From assembly GCA_964016885.1 (NCBI GenBank), contig OZ024741.1:175584001-175648000 (forward strand): DNA of 64,000 bases, written 5' to 3'. The translations under genes and the position numbers were made by a program. A model generated the notes under the pieces. That model worked only from the letters and a program-made list of their open reading frames with translations. It made no database searches and was not told the origin of the DNA. Each line of letters opens with the position of its first letter. Position 1 is the stretch's first letter. Below are positions 13,985 through 26,514 of this stretch, piece after piece. Source of the stretch: Eledone cirrhosa. Lineage: Eukaryota.

Positions 13985-14110
13985 TCGACCTCCAAAGGAT
14001 GAAAGGCAAAGTTGACTCGGAGGGATTTGAACTCAGAGAATAGAGAGCTGGAAGGAATACCATAAAGCATTCGACCCGAAGTTCGAACCACTCTGCCAAT
14101 TTGCCGCCTG
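13985..14110 (-). mobile_element. Dominant SINE, partial
   Basis: aaggatgaaaggcaaagttgactcggagggatttgaactcag. Confidence 0.75.
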
Positions 14111-15191
14111 AAGGAAATAAATATAGCTTTGTGCAATTATTTGTTCTCTCTGTTTGTCTTAATTAAATCATAAACTATATATATATTATAACAGGTGAAA
14201 GATATATTCCTCCGATATTATATAATAAAAGCTGGGTAATATATTGGAAAAAATATGTATGGACTCACGTGTATAGAATCAGTGATATATTATAGACATT
14301 GCTGCTGTCTTTATTTCATTGTAAATACAGAGGCTGTTTTTATGTTGTTCAACTCGGTAATACTGTTTATCCAAGATATACACGTTATTTCCATCTAATT
14401 TCGTTTACAATTTCTGAAACGGGTGTTTACCTAAATCAAGTGTTTTCATTTCAAAATGTTTCAGACAGGAGATTGCTCAATGGTTATGGTGTTCACTTCG
14501 TAATCACATGGTTCTGTGTTCAATTTCGCTGCGTGGCAGCTTGAACAAGTGGTTTTTAATTTAGGCTTGGGTTGAACAATGCCATGTGCACACACACAAA
14601 CACAGACACAGACATACAGACACCCCCCCCCCACACACTGACGTGTGTGCTTATGTCCCATATATTCGCTATTTGATGAAAGAGGTCGTTAATTATGTAT
14701 CAAATTTGAGAATATAGAATACTGGGGTTCGATACGATCGACTAAACCCCATTCAACGTGCTGCCACAGCATGGTTACAGTCTAATGACTGAAACAATTA
14801 AAAGAATATATGAATAATAATGATGAACAAAAGATAGCTGGAATGTTCTAGTTAAAGCAATCAAGTGTAACGGTGGTCGAACATTATACGTTGATGAAGC
14901 ATAGGCCGCTTAGGATAGATAAGCAATTAGTGCTCTAGTCATTACCCCATCAATTCATGCAGAGAATTCATTTACTAATATGGGCTGTTAAACAAACAAA
15001 TTCATCGACTAACTATCACCTACTGTTAGTTATATTATTATTTATACTGAAAATGTAAAACAACTAATACTCTGATTCATTATTCAATTCTGACTAACGG
15101 TGAAACAATAAACACATACAATAGGATATATGTTCACTTCTTTCTCTTAATTTTGCGATTAGTTTCGACAGACCACCTTCCAGGTGGGAAG

Positions 15192-15365
15192 GTATGTATG
15201 TATGTATGTATGTATGTATGTATGTATGTATGTATGTATGTATGTATGTATGTATGTATGTATGTATGTATGTATGTATGTATGTATGTATGTATGTATG
15301 TATGTATGTATGTATCTATGTATGTATGTATGTATGTATGTATGTATGTATGTATGTATGTATGT

Positions 15366-15436
<71 letters not shown>
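15192..15436. repeat. (TATG)n-(TG)n microsatellite
   Basis: Direct reading. Confidence 0.95.
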
Positions 15437-15438
<2 letters not shown>

Positions 15439-18400
15439 CATTGCTTGTTCAGGATATGTTACAGGTTCTTGTGGCTGACCGTAGCCTAAAAGTGCACCAG
15501 TTTCAATAATCTGACAAGCGATTGCAATACTCTTAGCAGAGTTTGCAGCCATCATGTGTGTATGTATGTATGTATGTATGTATGTATGTATGTATGTATG
15601 TACGAATGTATAAATGTATAAATGTATGTCAGGTCAGTTCGATCTTCAGCGCTACTGATAACCTGTAACTCATACAACCTGTGCATCGTCGGCGACTAAA
15701 CCCGCAACCCCGCTAAGCTTGGTTGGTGACGAGGGTGATTTTGAACACCCTGCAGGACGAAAAGCAAAACACGTCAAAAGGCAGAAGAACGCAGGAGAGC
15801 CAAGAGCCATACAATAAAGTACTTTTGGTTTTTTTTTAACGAGAGACTCCTTTTCTTCATTAAGACATCTCTCTTGAAAAGGTCACTCTGATATAAAGCC
15901 CGCGACTTAGTTTGCACCCAATAATGTAGACCAATTCTCAGTTTTGAGTAAATTCATTCAATGTTCAGAGAGTGGGATTGGCCCTGTGAAAAGCCTTTGC
16001 TCACTTAAAAAAGTCTCAAGCCCAGGCATTGCTTGATATGTGACATGTTTGTGATGCATGGCATTGATGGCCATAGGCAAATTCCTAGCAGGTTTAAAAA
16101 GCAATGTCCGTGATGCTCATGATTAAGTATCAAGCGAGATCGAGTTGCATCCATCATTTATGTATGTAGCAATAGTTGGATATAGAGACAATATGCACAT
16201 ACTCACTTGTCTAAGGAAAATGATACACGTACAACTATGATAAAGAATACACATTTTCTATTGTCATAGAAATTAGAATAGATTTATTCTAGTAAATATT
16301 TACAACGAGTGGTCTGCAACTCAGTCACTTGACCGTTAGTATTCAACTAGCTCACGGTAGAATGTATCTTATCAACATTGAAATGGGTTAGTAGTAATGT
16401 GGATGATTTTCTGCAACTATCGTACGAGAAACGATAAGTGAAACTTGAAGAAAGAAAGAGAAATGATTTATTTGAATTTACAATTATTAAAGCAAAAGTT
16501 TCATAGCTTCAACCTTTTCCGGTTAAATAGACAGCTATATTTTATCCGCATAAGATATTTAAGAAATATGCAAAAACATTTATTGTGAAAAAAATTATTC
16601 CCTCAAAGAATGATGGATTTTTATAATGCTTTGTTGATTGTTATCTGGCTAAATTGCCTCGGTATTTGTTTCTGCCTTCTTTGGTAAACAAGGTACCAGT
16701 TCATGGGTGGTAGATTGGCGGAATTACTCGGAGTCGGACTATATGCTCTGCGGTCTATTTTCGGTTCTATTTGCTCTGGGTTCAAACCCTATCTCATCTA
16801 ACTATAAAAATGTGGTACTGCTTCTGCCAGGAGTTGTGATTAGCAGATAATATCAGTAATGTAACGACCAGTTGAAACATATTTTCCTTGCATAAATTTG
16901 ATGTTCGCTTCCTCGTAATACTTTGCCAGAATATGTAATGTAATCCGGCTATTGTGAATAATGGCTTCGCAAAATTTCGATATATTATTAATTCTATAAC
17001 TTAAAATATTGAACCTAGAGACTAATTAATGAAGCGAGCAATCAACTACCTGCAAGTATGTATTTAGTCTCTTATTAAATTTGTGTATTATGTATATGAC
17101 ACTCTTTTGTCATACTGGTGTTTTATATTAGTGCGTTATATTAAAACATGTAGCATAGTCGTAAGTTTGTTCGGTTTAGAATCTTTAGGTTCTGAGTTTG
17201 ATACCGGGCAGCACGTTGTGTATTTGGGCAAGACACGTTATATCACATTGCTACAACCCACTCAGCTTGGAAAAGTTTATTGTACGAATAACCCAAAGGG
17301 CTGGCTCGCCGTGTCGTGTCACAAAGCATATCACGGCGAATCGGAACCGACAGATGTTCAACTGAGTTATACTGGTGAGTTAATGGTGCCCATATTTCAG
17401 AAGACTTAACGTAAATGGTTCATGCCATTATCTCAACACCACAAGGAAACAATTAGGAAATCTGATTGACCTTCCATGTATCGAAGGTTGACCTGGACTA
17501 TTCAAATTATTCTAACTATTCAACTGCTATTCTAGAGTTTCTTAATAAGAAATCTATTTTGTTAGCTTCCTGCTTTGTTATCCGTTCAAATCAAATACCA
17601 CTCCAATACACATATACACACAGCTGGGCATACAGATATACGCATGCAAATACACACACATGCAGATACATGTCCGGGAATGCAGATACACACATGCAAA
17701 TACACACACAGAAACTCATATTCACACGTGCAGACTGAAAAACACATACACATAATTACACAGAAGCACATACACAGATATTCACAGTCACAGCACACAG
17801 TATCACACACACATTCATTAATTGTACATAAATTACTTTATTCCTGACGATCATAATATTCTCTTTTTGATACTGTTTGCTTCTGTAACTAACTTTCTAT
17901 ATTTTTCCTTCCTGACTCAACTCTAGTGATTTTGTGTTGATTGGTCGCCTTGTTTATAAAGAATGTCTATCTCAACAAAACCGCCAGTTGAGCAAACATT
18001 ATAACGACATTATCTTAATTCTATTGTCTTTCACTCTCCAAGAAAGGAAATTCTTAATCAACAGTTATCTTGTTAAATTACAAGCGTCGCTGGTATTTAT
18101 TTGTGTGAAAACTTGGGATACACTTTGACCCAATCACGAATAAAAGAGAACAAGAAATTAAGCATGGATATAATCTGACAGATTGATAAGAGCAAGGGAA
18201 AATTTATGTTTGAATATCTTCTTTCTCTATTGCGAACGTTGTTTGAATAAATCACTGTGTGAAAGAAAATCAAATAACAAAACGCAACAGACAGTCCCAG
18301 AGCAGAGTTATCAAGAAGCCAAAAGCAAAAACAAAATCTCTTTATGCTTGATAAAGTAGAGTTATTTAACGAAAACTAATTACACAAGATTTCAAATTGA

Positions 18401-19249
18401 AAATAGAAAATGAAATAACATGTAATATAAAAAAAAGCTTGCATAGTGTTTCGTTTTGAACAATATATGCATTCTCTCTATTGAATGCGATGAGATTTAT
18501 TGCTCTAGTTGCTGATTGCATAAGAGAGTCTCAGGAAAATTTAATCTGAATACAACCCACTGCTCTCTCTTTTCCTTTTTCTTATCCCTCTTTCACTTTC
18601 TCTTCTATCTATCTATCCCCCTCAGTCTCCCTATCTCTCAGTGTCTCCCCCTCTCTGTATCTCTTTCCCCTTCACTTTCCGTCTCTTTATTATCTCTCTT
18701 GCTCTCTCTTTCTCTTTCTCCCTCCTTCTCACTTTCTGTATCTCTCTCTGTCTATCTCTCTTTCAAACAGCGCTGCATATTTGAGACGTTCTTATCTCTG
18801 ATTACATCTCATGGAGAATACACATTCATTGTATAACAAAGATTGCATCATCAGGAATAGATTTAATTTACAGTGTCAGAAAATATTTAAACTCTGAAGA
18901 TTTGTTTCCCCGATAAAAATGGGGTTAGTGTATTCGACATACAATTCAATACAGTTTACACACCGGAGGATGGTTTTCAGGCAGCGAATTAGAAGAAACA
19001 TTAGAGCAACAGATGAAATGCTTTTCAGTATCTATTATGGTTCCTAGCGTTCTGAGTTTAAACCCCACTAAGGTTAATTTGCATTTCATCATACAGTATA
19101 TTGCTGGTACATATAATATCGACTAATTCAGCGCCTATTTCAATATTAAAATTATAAATATATTTAGGGAGACCTTTTACTGGGAAAATAAACCCTGGGG
19201 AAGCTTCTCCACAGGAGAACTTGAAATTAAGGTAGTTAAAGTAACATTA

Positions 19250-19355
19250 TTAAAGGTTAATTTTGCTTTTCAACCTTACGGGGTTGATAAAATAAAGTAC
19301 CAGTAAGGTACTGGGATAATTGCTGGCCTTGTGCCAAACGTAGAAACAATTATTA
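19250..19355 (+). mobile_element. Dominant SINE, 5'-truncated
   Basis: ccttacggggttgataaaataaagtaccag...ggccttgtgccaaacgtagaaacaattatta. Confidence 0.8.
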
Positions 19356-20639
19356 GTTATACTACATAGCAACAACTCCTTATTGTGAAGAGCTGTAAAT
19401 CTTCTATGATACCTATATACAGCTAGTTTGAGCTGGAAACAGTTAACCGACACTACAAAGAAGCCATATCAGTATACAAACTTGCAAACATTTGCCCATT
19501 GGTTCAGACTCCAAACCGCTAGTTTGATAAACTAACAATTTGATCATCGTGTGACTTTAATTAGAACAACACTCTTTGAAAATCTGGAAAGACTGCTATT
19601 TTATTACTAACAGCTAACTATGTTATATTTCTCCCTCCATCTCACACCCATATGCTAAAAAATCAATAAATATAGATTTTTTTGTATATTTATGAATCAT
19701 CGAAGCGCTTGGGTGATTTGAAATTTGAAATTATGGGAAACCAAACGCAGAAAATAATCTTAACAACAGTCAATCGCTATAAATAATAGCTTTAGAAAAT
19801 CGGATATAAATACACCAGAGAGACTGGGAAAAGTGGCGATCGGCTGTTGTTACAGTTATTTATTGCGTTTGGGTTCCAACATTTTCATATTTGCTTTTGC
19901 TTTTGTTAGATAAACGTTCATATCAATTGAAAAATATACTCATCCAGATCTTAGCTAAACATGAATAATAAAATGAATCTCGGTGCGGTGAGAATGTTTG
20001 CACAAAGCTCTTGATATTTAACAGTCTGTTGCACCAACTAAATTAGAAAACTAAATAAACATAACATTGTTCAGAACTGAATTGATCAATATTAAAAGAG
20101 AAACTAGCAAAAACATCCAAAATCTGTTACCTTAGAAATTGATATATAGAGTTCTGTGAAAACTGGAATATAAACACGCAGCTGAAATCTAAATGTTATC
20201 TCACCTTTCTTTCCCTCTCACTCTCTCATAAAAAATGTCGAGTTATTACTGCTGAGAACATAATGCAGCTTATTACAGAGAAGAAAGAACATCACCTGTG
20301 AAGTTTACAAAACCTACAAGACTGTAGGTGAAAAGGAAGTCGTAACGATAGTTCAACCGTTCGAGAAGTAATAAACGGTGGTATAGCATATCGCGTTACA
20401 CTCAGAGATAATGTGATATCAAGAAAGATAATCGAAGACCACAGTGGATTGTTCTGTCTAATTTCTAAAATGGATATATAGCGTTTAGTAAAAGCTGGAT
20501 ATTTTGGGAGGGAGATAAACGCTGCTATTTTAATCCAAGAAAGTATTTCAATCTATTACTTGATTTCTAAACTACTACATGACATGCAAAAGTACCTGAA
20601 ATCCAACGACAACCAGCTATTGGCACATATTCTTCATTG

Positions 20640-21390
20640 ACCATACTTACATATGCCCCCCCCCCCCCTCACAGCCCCGGAGGACAGGATGGAGAAGGCG
20701 TTTCTCCGGAGGACGGCAAGGGAGACGCGCTGGAAAAGCCACTCCAACTCGCGGTGCTCACACCCGCGGCTGGCCAGCTCAGCGCCTATGGTGGTGAGTA
20801 GGGAGGTAGCTCTAGGGTCGAGGACACCAGAAGTCTCCACTGCCAGGGGTACAACCGCAAACCTGTCGGAGAGCGACCGGTATTTGAGGAGTTTGGCCCC
20901 CTCAGCCCGACGTGCAGCAGAACCCGGGTTAGTCGCAGACTGCACCAGGTTGCGGCTGCAGAACGTGTCGGTGCAAGTGGCATCCCAGACGAGGGGCTTG
21001 CGAACGCGGAACGGGAAGATGGTCATGCCATCTGGCCTTTTGCCGTTCCCTCGATCGAGCCCCACCGGCGTCGAGCTGTGAAGAGGAGACTGCAGCGTCC
21101 AAGCCATGCTTTATTACCTCGTTGAGAGCAGCATGGCATGGAAGACGGCTGGCACTGTGGCGACAGAAAGCGGGTGGAGACCGAAAGAGTCCACGGTGGA
21201 TCCGCAGCGACATTGGTGTGGCTCGCAGATCCGGAGGCCGAGTCTTAAGGAAACGCCGATGCGCAGGCTATTGTTGTCTAGCTGCGTGCCAGTGGAGAAG
21301 GAGGGCAGGGCATCGAGTCAGGCATCATTGTGTGGTTTGGAGGCCGCACGAAAACAGGCAAGGTAGTGCTTTTCGAGATGGCGGGTGAGT
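20640..21390 (-). mobile_element. CRE-like non-LTR retrotransposon 3' fragment (zinc knuckle + restriction-like endonuclease)
   Basis: [33 protein letters not shown]...GLDRGNGKRPDGMTIFPF..KPLVWDATCTDT...K..KY..L..FAVVPLAVETSG..WLFQRVSLAVLRRNA; GC-rich island. Confidence 0.85.
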
Positions 21391-21404
21391 CTGTCTATTT
21401 GTGG

Positions 21405-21695
21405 TTTGCCTTTCATCCTTACGGGGTCGAAAAAATAAAGTACCAGTAATGCACTGGGTAATTGCTGGCCTTGTGCCTAAAGTAGAAACAATTATTTGTG
21501 GTTAAGGGCGGTGGATTGGCAGTATCGGTAGAGAGTCGGACGCCATGCTTTCCAGCATAGTTACGTCCCTTTACGGTCTGAGTTCAAATCCCGTCGAGGT
21601 TAACTTTGCCTTTCATCCTTACGGGGTCGATAAAATAAAGTACCAGTAATGTACTGAGTAATTGCTGGCCTTGTGCCAAAAGTAGAAACAATTAT
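21405..21695 (+). mobile_element. Two tandem SINE copies with thrice-repeated target site tatttgtggtt
   Basis: Motif at ~21396, ~21493 and ~21693 brackets both copies. Confidence 0.88.
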
Positions 21696-22430
21696 TTGTG
21701 GTTATGTTTCCATTCTAGGATGTATTCCATCATAGCAGCACATTCTGATTCCAGGAATCTTGTATTAGACAGTGAATTAACGCCGCGAATGTTTGGAACG
21801 CAAAAGTATTTGAGTAATGGGTAATCCAAGCGTAAGATCATCAATGTATGGTAAACAAATCTTAAATAGAGTTTGGAGCAGATATTACGTTAAGAGAACA
21901 TTCAGACAGACTGGATGTGGAAAAGTTAAAAATGTTTACCTCGTTTGGTGTTGAATTTGTAGGTCCAGAAATTTTATTTTTTCAATCACAGGAAAGTGCA
22001 CACACATACATATACGTATATATACAAGTACATATATTAATGAACATGTATTTCACGTTAAACACAGAGGGACATCAGTAAATAATAACGATATTTAGAT
22101 ATGAAAATATAGATGTACATATTTCTATTTCGGGGGTTATTTTATTTTCCTGTGTGTGTAGCAACACGTGGTTGTGTGTGTTGCTGCTGACTCTAGCAGA
22201 ACCCAAGAAAACACGTCTTGCCCTGCTGACCGTTTCCATAAATCGATTTGACATATTGTTTTGATAATAAAGAATGAAAGTTACAGTCAGCTCGTGTGGA
22301 ATTCGGAAACAAAGATGAAACAATGGAAAATAGTGCAAAACTGGTCAACTCGAAACGAACACAGAACACCGTGCTTTGAAGAGAATTAAAAAAAAAACAT
22401 GTCTGCACACTCTCTATAACGATTCATAAT

Positions 22431-22608
22431 TGTTTCTACTTTAGGCACAAGGCCAGCAATTAACCAGTGCATTACTGGTACTTTATTTTATCGACCCCGT
22501 AAGGATGAAAGGCAAAGTCAACCTCGGCGGGATTTGAACTCAGATCGTAAAGGGACGTAACTATGCTGGAAAGCATGGCGTCCGACCCTCTACCGATACT
22601 GCCAATCT
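22431..22608 (-). mobile_element. Near full-length dominant SINE with 12-bp TSD acgattcataat
   Basis: TSD at 22419-22430 and 22609-22620. Confidence 0.9.
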
Positions 22609-23029
22609 ACGATTCATAATGCTCTCTACATCTAATGGGTTGAGCATGGAATTAATAAAAACAAGCCACGAGTGAAACTGAATAAAAGGCAAAAGAAGAT
22701 GATGAAACAATAGTTGAAGAACCAGGAAAAGAGGATACAGATTAATTCAATCAATCAATTTTATATTCTTAGAATTAAGCGCTTTACATCCCATTTTTCT
22801 TTCGCTAGTGTATAAAAAATTAAAACATGTTGCAGATTTGTGTGTAAAAGCAAAATATATAAAACGATTAAAAAATAAAATAATACATACATAATCAAAT
22901 CAGATAAACGAAAGATTTACAATGAGGATAGGAGACAACTCCCACAGCTACTTTGTATTGAGTTTTTGTTTTTAAGATGTGCTGTTGTGCATGTGTATGT
23001 TTGTATGTATTTGAGCCTGTTGTTTTGTG

Positions 23030-23064
<35 letters not shown>

Positions 23065-23089
23065 ATGTATGTGTGTGTGTGTGTGTGTG

Positions 23090-23540
23090 TGTTTGTGTGT
23101 GTTTGTGTAGATATATGTGTGTCTAGTGAAGTTGGTGTGTATCTGCTTGTGTGTGTGTGTAGTGGTTTTGTCTGGTGGTGGTATGTGTGTGGTGGCTGTG
23201 TGTGTAGATGTGTGTGTGTGCGTAGTTGTGTGTGTGTGTGTGTGTGTATGTTTGTGTGTGTTTGTGTATGTTTGTGTGTATATATGTGTGTCTAGTGACG
23301 TTGGTGTGTATCTGCTTGTGCTTGTGTGTGTAGTGGTTGTGTCTGATGGTGGTATGTATGTGTAGTTGTGTGTGTGTGTATACATATGTATGTGTGTGTG
23401 TATGTTTGTGTGTGATTGTGTGTATATATGTGTGTCTAGTGAAGTTGGTGTGTATCTGCTTGTGTGTGTGTCGTGGTTGTGCCTGGGGGTGGTATGTGTG
23501 TGGTGGTTGTGTGTGTAGTTGTGTGTGTGCGTGTGTGTGT
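23090..23540. repeat. (TG)-rich minisatellite, 3 units of ~145-170 bp
   Basis: atatgtgtgtctagtga[a/c]gttggtgtgtatctgcttgtg recurs at ~23113, 23282, 23426. Confidence 0.85.
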
Positions 23541-24829
23541 ATGATGGAACTTGGTGAACAATGCTGAACTGCTCTGAACACTTACTACTACAATAAGCCC
23601 GATCTATAGCACTCCTTCAACATAGTACAGCAAGCTAAAGAATCATTAATTATTATACACGACCCACACACACTCTATTGTTTTTGTTTAGCCCTAGGTC
23701 TATCCTGATTCAGTAGACCTATAATGAATAGTATTGCAATTGTGAGAGTCACTCCTGTTACTACAACTCACAATTACATCGTTTCAGGTATCATTCTCTC
23801 TTTTTTTAAACGGTACGATTATTTTCGTGTGATTTGACTACGATCTTTAGCAGATCAAAGGATTGTACGCTCTTTATGTTATCCAAATCCCCTTTAAAAT
23901 ATGTGCTGAACATCTGAAAAGTAAAGTTGAACTCTCAGTGGGATGTGTGTTGTCCATGGACAAAACATGGAGCTAAACCGGGATAAAAGTAAACATTACT
24001 ACGGCAGAATTCTTTTAAGGCACAGGTATAGCTTGTGCTTAAGAAATTTGCGTTGAAATTGGGTGGACACTGGCTGGGTCTCTTTCTGAAGTACCCGGGT
24101 AGATTTATTTTACCTTCTTCTTGCATCAGCAAAAAGGTTTGTGAGAGAAATTGGATGAAACGAAACTACGAAAATCAATTCGGTGGGCTCCACATATTTT
24201 TGGGTGGTACATTTAATCTATCGTCGTGTTTAACACTACCTCCTGTCTTATGGGTGTCATACTTCTAGCATTTGGACAAGAACACAGCCCTAAAAACGAT
24301 TCTATATCTATACTTCATATAACTGCTACACGTGTGATATCTAGTCAAAGTTGCAACCTCTACAGAGTCGTTTGATTAGTTAGAAATAGCAGCGAAATCA
24401 TAAAATTCTACTGCATCATCTTACAAAAGGGGAGATGTTGGAAATTTTGTTTTGGTTTCCCAACATTTAGGATAAAAGGCAATACGGCAAGGGCTAAAAT
24501 GACTTTGCCCTTATGCTACAGAAAGATGGGTACGAACAATCGGTTCATCCCGACGCTATTACTGCATGCAAAACTCTTAGTCAAAATAATTAGTCAAAGA
24601 AAATGGAAAGATATATAATTAGCATATTTCATGTAATATTCAGAAATGAGATACGATGTAATGCGCGTGATATCAATATTACGTTGCAATCAAAATGTTC
24701 TAAATGTCTAACTTAATTGAAGTTACATTATCGATAAAAGTTGTAAATTATGTATATAATCAAAATAGAATTGAGATTGGTAAATGTAAATTCCAAATGC
24801 TATATCATACTTCTTCAAAACTCAGTTAA

Positions 24830-24846
24830 ACACGCACACACAACAC

Positions 24847-24940
<94 letters not shown>

Positions 24941-24966
24941 CACACACGCACACACACACACACATA

Positions 24967-25034
<68 letters not shown>

Positions 25035-25055
25035 ACACACACGCACACACACACA

Positions 25056-25126
<71 letters not shown>

Positions 25127-25475
25127 ACACATACACCCACACCCACGCACGCACACACACACACACATACACAACACACACACACGCACACACACACACA
25201 CACACACACGCAAACACTCACACACACACACGCACACACACACGCATACACACACACACACACATGAATATATATATATATATATATTGTGTATGTGTGT
25301 ACATACATGTATACATATATGTATGTTGATATATATGACAAAGCACACACATATACATGTTATACACACACACACACACACACATATATATACACATATA
25401 TATGCACATATATATACATATATGTGTGTCTGTGTCTGTGTCTGTGTATATTTCGCGTGTGTACATATATATATA

Positions 25476-25533
<58 letters not shown>

Positions 25534-25535
25534 TG

Positions 25536-25624
<89 letters not shown>

Positions 25625-25640
25625 GTATATATATATGTTG
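24830..25640. repeat. (CA)n/(TA)n compound microsatellite
   Basis: Direct reading; explains 303-aa HT-repeat ORF. Confidence 0.95.
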
Positions 25641-26270
25641 ATCTACACATTTAATTCATAAAGCATTTTTTTCATCTAGTATGTATGCGTCTTCGTTTGG
25701 TCATTCTCTTTTACACAAACAATGAGTGAAAGGTGGATGTAGAGTGGTAGAGAACTTGAAGAGACAGACAAAGAGACAGCGTGGTTGAAGAGAATAGATA
25801 AAGAGAAAGAGTGAATTGACTGCTGTAGTTATTAGCGCAGTCACATAATATATATATTCAATTAGTATTTGCACGTTTCGAAACTATTCAAGCAGCTTAA
25901 ATGAACTTATATTCAAAGCAACATCCACGACATGATAGTAAAATTCTTCTATCCACAAACAACAGCAGCACTACAACATCGCCTTCAAAACCGTTCTGTG
26001 ACACCACCAATATAATGATAATTTCTTCTTCATTAGCCGATAATTTTGTTATTCATTGAAATCGTGACATTTAATATTTTATCTTTGTAATGATATTCTC
26101 GTAAAACATAAAATATCTTCTGTTATTGTTTCTTCTTTTGGAAACAAATTCCAGTTTATATCGTCTGCTTTTTCTAAGTAGCTATGTTTGTTTTCACCAT
26201 AAACTGAACTATAACAGTGCTGCTAGTCATAATATAGAAAGCAGTTCGTTAATTACGTTTCGAGATATGA

Positions 26271-26350
26271 CAAAAGTAATCCATAAAATTGTGAACGTTT
26301 TGCAACACACTAGCCTAAAGAATGTAAGTCGGATAATTATTTTAACTGAT
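26271..26350. repeat. Single-monomer progenitor of the satellite with both flanks
   Basis: caaaagtaatccat-aaaattgtgaacgttttgcaacacactagcct-aaagaatgtaagtcggataattattttaactgat; the same flanks bound the array at 26501 and 41780-41810. Confidence 0.9.
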
Positions 26351-26365
26351 TTTGTTCATTAAAGG

Positions 26366-26494
26366 ATTTTCTGGTATCTAAGTAACAAATCTTGGCTATG
26401 TGTGGCTCCACCACAGATGAACACATTGCTGTCCTTTTCCATTAAACTTGCTAAGTCCAATATTGTGCAGGGTGTTCCAGCAGGGTGCATATCA
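26366..26494 (-). mobile_element. LINE (Ingi/Vingi-like, tentative) C-terminal fragment, distal half
   Basis: Minus strand across frameshifts: ICTLLEHP/CTILDLA/FNGKGQQCVHLW; continues the fragment at 41811-41950. Confidence 0.55.
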
Positions 26495-26514
26495 ACATAT
26501 CAAAAGTAATCCAC

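Noticed and set aside
15436-15556. Possible host exon between microsatellites
   Set aside because: No recognisable protein or convincing splice context; more likely a decayed TE fragment.
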